A DNA stretch of 32,000 bases from NCBI GenBank assembly GCA_010202845.1, contig CP047921.1:240001-272000 (forward strand). The letters run 5' to 3'. Position numbers and translations under genes: made by a program. Source of the stretch: Candidatus Saccharibacteria bacterium oral taxon 488 (GTDB taxonomy: Bacteria; Patescibacteriota; Saccharimonadia; Saccharimonadales; Saccharimonadaceae). Under the pieces are notes generated by a model that had not been told where the DNA came from, did not search any database, and saw only the letters and a list, made by a program, of their open reading frames with translations. Positions 15,783 through 22,792 of this stretch are shown here, piece after piece (position 1 is the stretch's first letter; each line of letters begins with the position of its first letter).

Positions 15783-17447
15783 ATGAGTGAATTATGTTCT
15801 TCGCGCAGTGAGCAGCTAGAGCTGAGCGCGCCACAAAAGAAATTTGAGATAGATCTTGAACGTCAATCTCTCGAGTTTTCTTTTCAGTTAGCACTCGAGG
15901 GGTATTTTGAAGGTGAAGGTGTGAATGAACGCAAGGATCTGGTGGAGCATGCTGAGCGAACGATGAAACTGGCGGAGGAGTTTGCTGGTTTGAAACTACC
16001 GCCTGAGGCAATTCATGCCGTGCTGCTGCATGACGTGGCTGATCGCTTTCACAACAGAGACAGCCAGAAGTGCACGCCAGAACGTCGACAGGCTGCCGGC
16101 TTGGCTCTGGCCGATGTATTTACGAATCCTAAGATTGATATGACGTGTGCACAGGTTTCATATGTAGCATCGCTCCTAGCGGACCTTATTGAGACGGAAA
16201 AGGCTTCTGGCCGGCACCGACTACAGGTGGCTAATACTATTCCTGAAAGCATCAGAGAGATTATCACGGATCGTTATGAAGGTTCGGTGCCAGCTGAAGC
16301 ATGGCGGCAGATCGAGCCATTTGTTGATGTGGAGCAGATGGCTGAGTTTTTGGATAAGACCAATATCGAGGCGGTGATCATCAAGGCCTGTGAGCTACTC
16401 GACAATATGCGCTATCCGTCATCGTCGCGTGAGTCTGCCAAACTGCAGGATGTCTTGGAGGCGGAGTCGTTCTATGCACCGCTGTGTGAAGTGATGGGGT
16501 TTGATGGGCTGGCGGCAAGCCTGCGTTCACAGGCGCATATCATTCGGCTGAAGGGGCAGGGTAAACGTAAGCTCATCGAGGAGATCCGCGAGCAGTATGA
16601 GACAATTCGCCAGGTTGGTGTCCGCAATTTAGTTAATACAATTTTTGGTACTGAGAAAGTTAAGACCGAAGCAGTGGTCGGTCCGCGTAGCGAAGAATCA
16701 TGCCCGAATCGGTCGATTCACATTGGAGATTTCTTAGCAAAAAATGGTAAGAAAGTAGAGGGAAAATATCGCCTGAAAACCGTGGGGTCGTGGGCAGCCA
16801 AGGTGCATGAAGCGCGCCAGAACGACAAACCGGAGTATACGCCGATGGACGTGCTCGGCCTGACCGTTATATCAGACACGGTAGCGGATCAGGCACGTGA
16901 TTTTGTGGCGTTTTTGCAGCAGCGAATTGATACGACCCCAGCGTTTCAGCTGAAAAAGGCCAATAGCAAATCCAGTGCAATATATGTGCAGGGTACGGTT
17001 GATTATGTTAATGCCGTGCGCTGGGAAATGTGGCAACACGGGTTTGATATAGGACGCTGCGAGTTTGCCATTCAAGATGATGAAAGTGTAAAGCAGCGTG
17101 GCCAGAAATATCAGGTTTCTAAAGTGACCTTCCTGATGGATCATCCAGAGCTAGACAATGGCGTACCGGTCGAAGTGCAGTTTGTCACCAAGGCCGAGCG
17201 GCAGCGCTCACGAACGGGGGAAGTGGCGCACATTATTTATAAATATATTCGTCAGCTAGAGCGGCAACGCTCAGTCTCTGATGAGGAGAAACTTTTCATT
17301 GCTCAAACGATGTCTCGGCTGCTCAAGCAGATCCATCAGCGGCGCGACTATGCCAGCCATGATCTCATGGTGAACGAGCGCTCAACTCCGGCGCGTGATG
17401 CATTTTTAGAGGATTTGTGGTATTTCCTGCAGCATGAACTCGCCTAG
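15783..17447 (+). CDS. Divergent RelA/SpoT homolog: HD (hydrolase-like) + (p)ppGpp synthetase domains, no TGS/ACT regulatory C-terminus
   Basis: HD region LLHDVADRF, IKACELLDNMRY, FYAPLCEVMGFDGLA. Synthetase region GKYRLKTVGSWAAKV...MDVLGLTVISD and VEVQFVTKAERQRSRTGEVAHIIYKY (compare the EIQIRT...AAHW-YK pattern). TGtTATAAT at 15748-15756, about 20-nt leader. Confidence 0.65.
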   Translation: MSELCSSRSEQLELSAPQKKFEIDLERQSLEFSFQLALEGYFEGEGVNERKDLVEHAERTMKLAEEFAGLKLPPEAIHAVLLHDVADRFHNRDSQKCTPERRQAAGLALADVFTNPKIDMTCAQVSYVASLLADLIETEKASGRHRLQVANTIPESIREIITDRYEGSVPAEAWRQIEPFVDVEQMAEFLDKTNIEAVIIKACELLDNMRYPSSSRESAKLQDVLEAESFYAPLCEVMGFDGLAASLRSQAHIIRLKGQGKRKLIEEIREQYETIRQVGVRNLVNTIFGTEKVKTEAVVGPRSEESCPNRSIHIGDFLAKNGKKVEGKYRLKTVGSWAAKVHEARQNDKPEYTPMDVLGLTVISDTVADQARDFVAFLQQRIDTTPAFQLKKANSKSSAIYVQGTVDYVNAVRWEMWQHGFDIGRCEFAIQDDESVKQRGQKYQVSKVTFLMDHPELDNGVPVEVQFVTKAERQRSRTGEVAHIIYKYIRQLERQRSVSDEEKLFIAQTMSRLLKQIHQRRDYASHDLMVNERSTPARDAFLEDLWYFLQHELA

Positions 17448-17474
17448 GTTCGGCAAACTATGTATAATCAGGGT

Positions 17475-17894
17475 ATGACAATCTACTACACTGACGGTTC
17501 GGCTAGCCCCAATCCTGGCCCGGGTGGCTTTGCGGTGATTCGTGATCTTCAGCCGTGGATTTTGGGTTCAGAGGACGGCGAGACGACTAACATCCGTATG
17601 GAGGGCAAGGCGCTGATTGCGGCGCTTCAGGATGCGGACGACGCGCCATGTGTGATTTATACTGATAGTGAATTTTGGATCAATGTGGTGACCAAGTGGG
17701 CATCAGGCTGGCAGCAGCGCGGCTGGACAAAGAAGGGCGGTGAGATCAAGAATCTGGATATCGTGCGTGAACTGTATGAGTTATACTCAAATTCCCAGGC
17801 GGAGCTCCGCTGGGTGCGCGGCCACGAGGGCAACGAGGGAAATGAGCTGGCAGATGAGTGGGCTAATCGTGCGCGGCTAGGCGAGCGGATCTAA
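17475..17894 (+). CDS. rnhA: Ribonuclease HI
   Basis: IYYTDGSASPNPGPGGFAVI (Asp), NIRMEGKALIAAL (Glu), IYTDSEF (Asp), VRGHEGNEGNELADEWA (His/Asp). TATAAT at 17463-17468 lies 6 nt upstream; the ORF-track ATG 17460 lies before the -10 box. Confidence 0.85.
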   Translation: MTIYYTDGSASPNPGPGGFAVIRDLQPWILGSEDGETTNIRMEGKALIAALQDADDAPCVIYTDSEFWINVVTKWASGWQQRGWTKKGGEIKNLDIVRELYELYSNSQAELRWVRGHEGNEGNELADEWANRARLGERI

Positions 17895-17923
17895 TCAGCC
17901 GTCTGGCGATTCAGTACAAAAAT

Positions 17924-17932
17924 TGCTATAAT
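17924..17932 (+). promoter_or_regulatory. Extended -10 promoter TGcTATAAT, 7 nt upstream of ATG 17940
   Basis: tgctataat at 17924-17932. Confidence 0.5.
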
Positions 17933-17939
17933 TACCCTC

Positions 17940-18917
17940 ATGGAAGAAGTGAGGGAAACGACTGATATTTTTTTGTGGGCGAATCAAGCTGATGCAAAAA
18001 AGAATGATCTACAGATTGAGCTGTTCTTATTTAATAAAAATTACACGCCGTATGTTATGCCCCTTAAGGGCGACGTTGAGCAGCAGCTGCGACCGCTATT
18101 TTTGTTTGACTATATCAATCAAGTTAATTTGGGGGCGGGTACTGGCCTTGGCGTGCGCGATTATGAGCTGAGCGAAGCGGAAGACAACGTGCTGCTGCGG
18201 ACGGATCTCGGCAAGGTTGGCCGGGCGGAAACCTTGATTCATTTGATTGAGAATGAGCGTGGCGATATCGTAGAGTTTTCGGAAACTGAGCATGAGTTTA
18301 AGCGAATGAAGGGCGTACTGGCGCGGTTTACTGATCCGAATGATCCAGAAAAAGTCTTTTACACGGTGAAGCTAATCCAGCAGGGACAGACGCTGAAAAG
18401 CGCGCTGGCGTGGGAGTTTTCTGACGGCAAGTTTGGCGCATTTAAGGCGGAGGTTGGGTTTAAGGTGCCAGATGATAACCAGGTGCTGATCATCGGTCAG
18501 GACATTTTCGCCTTTAATTCTTCGAAGTTCGAGCGGATGTTTGGCTACGAGTACAAGAAGCAGGTGATTGCCGATAAGAAAGTGGCGGAGATTGAAAAAG
18601 CGTATAAGCTGAGTTTTCCTGAAGGGTTGGATTTGAACGCGCTGGTCAAGGAGCGCAAAAAGACCATCAATAAACTACAGAAATTAGAGATCGGCGAGGT
18701 CAAACAAGAGCAGGTGCTGGACTATGCTGATGAGATGCAGTTGGAGCTGATGAGTGATGATAACGGCGCGATTATCATTATGGATGGCAATGATCTAGAT
18801 ATGTTCGTGAACCTGATCAACGAGGATTACATTGAGAGTAAAATTACCGGCAAACGCTACGAAATTAAGTCGAAAAAACTGTTGGGCGAGCCTGAGGGCG
18901 AACCGCCACGAGGTTAA
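17940..18917 (+). CDS. Hypothetical 325-aa soluble protein, possibly DUF4868 / KwaB-like (family assignment from memory only)
   Basis: Clean ORF with protein-like composition. Mid-region VLIIGQDIFAFNSSKFERMFGY and C-terminal FVNLINEDYIESKITGKRYEIKSKKL resemble the DUF4868 pattern as I recall it. No TM helix and no catalytic motif. Confidence 0.5.
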   Translation: MEEVRETTDIFLWANQADAKKNDLQIELFLFNKNYTPYVMPLKGDVEQQLRPLFLFDYINQVNLGAGTGLGVRDYELSEAEDNVLLRTDLGKVGRAETLIHLIENERGDIVEFSETEHEFKRMKGVLARFTDPNDPEKVFYTVKLIQQGQTLKSALAWEFSDGKFGAFKAEVGFKVPDDNQVLIIGQDIFAFNSSKFERMFGYEYKKQVIADKKVAEIEKAYKLSFPEGLDLNALVKERKKTINKLQKLEIGEVKQEQVLDYADEMQLELMSDDNGAIIIMDGNDLDMFVNLINEDYIESKITGKRYEIKSKKLLGEPEGEPPRG

Positions 18918-18919
18918 GT

Positions 18920-20431
18920 ATGGATCAAGAATTAGCGCTGGCGATTTTGATGAGCGGTCGGTCGGCGCTGCTGACGGGTGCGGCTGGCACCGGCAAAACG
19001 CACCTGTTGAATACTTTTATTGCACAGGCGCGTGCTCAGGGTAAAAAGGTGTCGGTAACAGCGACGACGGGCTTGGCGGCGACGCATTTGGGTGGCAATA
19101 CCATTCATAGTTGGAGCGGTATTGGCGTTAGCGATCATCTGGCGAACAACTTTTTTGATCGGCTGTCAAAAACGCGGTGTGAGGTGATTTCTAAGACTGA
19201 TGTGCTGGTGATTGACGAAATTTCCATGCTGCATGATTTTCGGCTGGACATGGTCGATCGGGTGCTGCGTGGTGTCCGGGAAAATGACCAGCCGTTTGGC
19301 GGTATTCAGCTAGTGATGAGCGGTGATTTTTTCCAATTGCCGCCAATCAACCGTCCGGGCGAGCAGGGCGGAGGCTTCGTGGTGTATTCGGAGGCGTGGC
19401 AGGAGCTGCAGCCGGCGGTGTTGTATTTGGAGCGGCAATATCGGCAAAATGACGAGCAGCTCCTCGAGATTTTGACGGCGCTGAGACATGACGATATCAG
19501 GCGGCATCATGCCGAGACGTTGCTGGCGCGGACTGAAGTCGAGTTGCCTGACGGCGATATCACCGAGCTGCATACTGTCAATGTTGATGTCGATGCTATC
19601 AACAGCCAGAAGCTGGCGGAGTTGGCGGGCGAGAAGCGAACGTATCAGCAGACAACAACGGGTTCAAAGGTGTATGTCGAGAGTCTGCAGCGGTCGGTGC
19701 TGGCGCCGAGTGAACTGGTGTTGAAACCGGGTGCGTTGGTGATGGCGGTGAAAAATTCGCCGCAGAAATTGTACGCCAATGGTAGTATCGGTACGGTGGT
19801 GGATTTTGAGCCGCTGACGGACTATCCAATTGTGGAGTTTCGTGACGGTCGGCAGGTGACGATGGTGCCGGATGTGTGGGAATTGCGCGACGGCGAACGC
19901 AAGCGGGCCAGTATCTCGCAGGTGCCACTGCGCCTGGCGTGGGCTATCACCGTGCATAAAAGCCAGGGCATGACGCTGGATGCGGCTCGGATTGACCTGA
20001 GAAAGGCGTTTGTTGAGGGTATGGGTTATGTAGCGCTCAGTCGGGTACGAGATTTGGATAACTTGTATCTATACGGCATTAATCGCAAGGCGCTGGAAAT
20101 TTCGCCGGATGCGTTGGCAATTGATGAGGTATTGCAGCGGGCAAGTGATGAAGCAGCCAAGCACTATCGTCCAATGCTGGAGGAAATGAAGCGGAAACAG
20201 TCAACGTCGAAAAAATCCGGCAACTCCGGCAACTGGCAGCAAAAAATTGCCAAAATGCGTGAGACACATCCGAAAGCGTATATGCCGTGGGAAAAAGCCG
20301 ACGATGACATTCTCAAGCAGGAGTTTCTACAGGGCGCAACCATCCAGCAGCTTAGTCAGAAGCTCGGTCGCCACAAAGGCTCGATTAAGATGCGGCTGCA
20401 GAAGCATTTTGGAGAGGATGTGGTGCAGTGA
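18920..20431 (+). CDS. Pif1/RecD-like SF1B helicase with C-terminal HTH-like extension
   Basis: Walker A LLTGAAGTGKTH, Walker B VLVIDEISML, GDFFQLPPI, WAITVHKSQGMTLD, GYVALSRV. The last ~70 aa (WEKADDDILKQEFLQGATIQQLSQKLGRHKGSIKMRLQKHFG) look like a helix-turn-helix. GAGG lies 6 nt upstream, and the start is 2 nt after the upstream stop. Confidence 0.85.
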   Translation: MDQELALAILMSGRSALLTGAAGTGKTHLLNTFIAQARAQGKKVSVTATTGLAATHLGGNTIHSWSGIGVSDHLANNFFDRLSKTRCEVISKTDVLVIDEISMLHDFRLDMVDRVLRGVRENDQPFGGIQLVMSGDFFQLPPINRPGEQGGGFVVYSEAWQELQPAVLYLERQYRQNDEQLLEILTALRHDDIRRHHAETLLARTEVELPDGDITELHTVNVDVDAINSQKLAELAGEKRTYQQTTTGSKVYVESLQRSVLAPSELVLKPGALVMAVKNSPQKLYANGSIGTVVDFEPLTDYPIVEFRDGRQVTMVPDVWELRDGERKRASISQVPLRLAWAITVHKSQGMTLDAARIDLRKAFVEGMGYVALSRVRDLDNLYLYGINRKALEISPDALAIDEVLQRASDEAAKHYRPMLEEMKRKQSTSKKSGNSGNWQQKIAKMRETHPKAYMPWEKADDDILKQEFLQGATIQQLSQKLGRHKGSIKMRLQKHFGEDVVQ

Positions 20432-20459
20432 CGCTTGGCTGGCAGTTTGGTCAATAACT

Positions 20460-20468
20460 TGGTATAAT
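20460..20468 (+). promoter_or_regulatory. Extended -10 promoter TGgTATAAT, 8 nt upstream of ATG 20477
   Basis: tggtataat at 20460-20468. Confidence 0.5.
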
Positions 20469-20476
20469 ATACTTTG

Positions 20477-21736
20477 ATGACAACGAAGCAATCTGAACGC
20501 ATCGTGTTTCCGAAGAAGTTTTTATGGGGTGCAGCGACGTCGGCACATCAGGTCGAGGGTGGCCTGGTGAATCAGTGGACGACGTGGGAGCTTGAGCATG
20601 CCAAGCGGCTGTCCGTGCAGGCGCCGCATCAATTTGGTGATATTGACAGCTGGCCGCGCATCAAAAAAGAGGCGATCAGGCCTGACAACTACGTATCGGG
20701 GCGGGGCGTCGATCATTACCATCGCTATGAGGAAGATTTCGCGATTCTCAAGAGCCTCAACATGAATGCCTTTCGATTCTGTATTGAATGGGCACGAATT
20801 GAGCCGCAAGAGGGCGCGTGGGATGCGGCGGCGATCGCCCACTATCGGACGTATCTGCGGACGCTAAAAAAGATGGGTATAACACCGGTGGTGACGCTGT
20901 TTCATTTTACACTACCAGAGTGGTTTGCGGCCAAGGGCGGCTTCGAAAAGCGGCGTAACATCAAATATTTCGTGTATTACGTTGAGAAAGTTTTGAGCGA
21001 GTTGGGGCGCGACATTGAGTGGATCGTGACGATTAACGAGCCGACTGTCTATGCTGGCGAGAGTTATCTCGAGGGGCATTGGTCGCCGAATAAAACTCGC
21101 AAGCGTGATATGCTGCGTGTGCTCTATAACCTCGTTACGGCGCACAAGAAAGTTTACAAATTGACGCGTGCTCGCAAAAAGTGGAAGGTGTCGATGGCAC
21201 ATCATCTGATCTATTGCTATCCTGGCGATGACGCGATTCTTAGTCGTGCTAGTGCGCGGGTGGCAAATTATCTCCTGAATACGTGGGTGCTACGTCGAGT
21301 GCGGCGGTATAGTGATTTCTTGGCGATCAATTATTACTTTGCCCGGCGGATTTATGGCTATCGAGTGCATGACCCGTATCTGAAGGTCAGCGATCTCGGC
21401 TGGGATATGCAGCCGGATAAATTGCAGTATCTACTGGAGGACGTGGCCGAACGCTATCGGTTGCCGATTATGATTACCGAGAATGGACTGGCGGATGGCG
21501 CTGATAGTCAGCGGCAGTGGTGGCTGACCGAGACGATCAAGGCCATGCATGAGGCGCTAAAGCGTGATATTAAGCTAATCGGTTATTTACACTGGAGTCT
21601 GCTTGACAATTTTGAATGGGACAAGGGTTATTGGCCAAAGTTTGGCCTGGTGGCAGTTGATCGGCAAACCATGGCCCGGACGGTACGGCCAAGCGCGCGC
21701 TGGTTCGGGGCGGTGATCAAGAAGCTGCGGAAGTAG
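20477..21736 (+). CDS. Glycoside hydrolase family 1 (beta-glucosidase-like)
   Basis: FPKKFLWGAATSAHQVEGG at the N-terminus, TINEP (acid/base Glu), ITENG (nucleophile Glu), WSLLDNFEW. Confidence 0.85.
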   Translation: MTTKQSERIVFPKKFLWGAATSAHQVEGGLVNQWTTWELEHAKRLSVQAPHQFGDIDSWPRIKKEAIRPDNYVSGRGVDHYHRYEEDFAILKSLNMNAFRFCIEWARIEPQEGAWDAAAIAHYRTYLRTLKKMGITPVVTLFHFTLPEWFAAKGGFEKRRNIKYFVYYVEKVLSELGRDIEWIVTINEPTVYAGESYLEGHWSPNKTRKRDMLRVLYNLVTAHKKVYKLTRARKKWKVSMAHHLIYCYPGDDAILSRASARVANYLLNTWVLRRVRRYSDFLAINYYFARRIYGYRVHDPYLKVSDLGWDMQPDKLQYLLEDVAERYRLPIMITENGLADGADSQRQWWLTETIKAMHEALKRDIKLIGYLHWSLLDNFEWDKGYWPKFGLVAVDRQTMARTVRPSARWFGAVIKKLRK

Positions 21737-21822
21737 TGATTAATTCTGTATAACTCGTTAGGCGCAGTGTAGGGCGGTATGCTAGGGAAAGTAGCGCTCC
21801 GCTATCATGCCGCACCACTAGA

Positions 21823-21850
21823 CTTTTCCACAGAATCGTGGAAAAGTTTT
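21823..21850 (+). terminator. Terminator-like hairpin after the GH1 gene
   Basis: CTTTTCCAC (21823-21831) pairs perfectly with GTGGAAAAG (21838-21846). 6-nt loop, then TTTT at 21847-21850. Confidence 0.5.
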
Positions 21851-21854
21851 AGTT

Positions 21855-21933
21855 TGGTAGGGAAATGGGTAGAAAGTGGGTAAAAGGGCTTGCATGTGGG
21901 TAGTTGTGGGTAGTATAGTGGAATCAGTGGAAC
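21855..21933 (+). promoter_or_regulatory. Phased direct-repeat array (TGGGTA x4 plus GTGGAAT/GTGGAAC) overlapping a putative mraZ promoter: candidate MraZ operator
   Basis: TGGGTA at 21866, 21877, 21897 and 21907. GTGGAAT at 21918 and GTGGAAC at 21927. Spacings are 9-12 nt, with one 20-nt gap. Candidate -35 TTGCAT at 21890-21895 and -10 TATAGT at 21914-21919 (18-nt spacer). Confidence 0.6.
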
Positions 21934-22010
21934 GAAAGTTGATGGCAACACCAACCAAAACAAACATCCACTGCGAAAAACCAACTAATCTACCACGGAG
22001 GAAGGACGAC

Positions 22011-22379
22011 GTGCAGACAGATTACTTTGAGCGAAAGTTGGACGACAAGCGGCGCTTGACGATCCCGGCCGAGCTCAGGGCAGAGTTTGCGTCCGGCGTC
22101 GTGTTGACCCGCGGGTTTGGCAACTATCTGCACCTGTATCCACAGCAAGTCTGGGATCGGGAGGTGGAGGGCGCGCTGACCGGAAGTATTCTGGATGAGC
22201 GCGTGGCCGACCTGAATGTCAAGTTCCGCCGCGGTAAAACCGCCTCGGCGCTCGACCAGAAACAGGGGCGAGTGACGATTGAGCAGCATTTACTCGACTA
22301 TGCTGGCATTGACCGGGAAGTCGTGGCGGTGCGGGCGGGCGCGTATTTTCGGCTGATGGCGGCTGAAAATGCGGATTGA
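22011..22379 (+). CDS. mraZ: Transcriptional regulator MraZ
   Basis: Two SpoVT/AbrB-like halves, DDKRRLTIPAELR and DQKQGRVTIEQHLLDYAGI. GTG 22011 is preceded by GGAGGAAGGA (21997-22006). The ORF-track start at 21876 runs through the repeat array and is rejected. Confidence 0.8.
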   Translation: MQTDYFERKLDDKRRLTIPAELRAEFASGVVLTRGFGNYLHLYPQQVWDREVEGALTGSILDERVADLNVKFRRGKTASALDQKQGRVTIEQHLLDYAGIDREVVAVRAGAYFRLMAAENAD

Positions 22380-22774
22380 TTAGCTCGGGTCAGTACTTTA
22401 ACAATTTGAAAACCTCTCGAGATCAACTATCTGGGTATTTGAAGATGGCAGGTGGCAATTTGCTCCACGGTAAAAACGGCAACGTTCTTTCCTCAAAACA
22501 CCTCCCAAAAAACTCCACCTCACACATAAGTCTCTTTTGGAAACTATGGTTGTCACTGACAATCATCACATTTCCACTCTTAGACAACAAAAACAAACAA
22601 AACACAAATACAAAACAGCCAGAATTAAATATCCAGTTAGGTGATCTCGAGCATTGCTACTGTATCTGGTCGCAAGATTTTCGAGATTTATCTCCGTACA
22701 GCGATTGCAGCCCAAGCGACGAATGTTGCCTGGCGCGTAAAGAGGAGTAAATCTCGAAGAATCGCCGCGACCGA

Positions 22775-22783
22775 TGATACAAT
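22775..22783 (+). promoter_or_regulatory. Extended -10-like TGaTACAAT, 9 nt upstream of ATG 22793
   Basis: tgatacaat at 22775-22783. Confidence 0.35.
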
Positions 22784-22792
22784 AATAAAGCA

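Noticed and set aside
21774-21817. tRNA-like minihelix ending in ACCA (GCGGTAT ... ATGCCGC-ACCA)
   Set aside because: Only 26 nt lie between the acceptor-like arms, with no D or T arms. It is probably just a stem-loop in the GH1-mraZ intergenic region.
21876-22010. N-terminal 45 codons of the ORF-track mraZ model
   Set aside because: This part is made of the TGGGTA/GTGGAA repeat array and the putative promoter. The MraZ homology starts at about GTG 22011, which has a strong SD.
22376-22750. 124-aa ORF between mraZ and rsmH
   Set aside because: It has a TTG start overlapping the mraZ stop. The translation is low-complexity (KNKQNTNTKQ, Cys/Ser-rich tail) with odd codon usage. I treat the region as non-coding; see the finding on this spacer.
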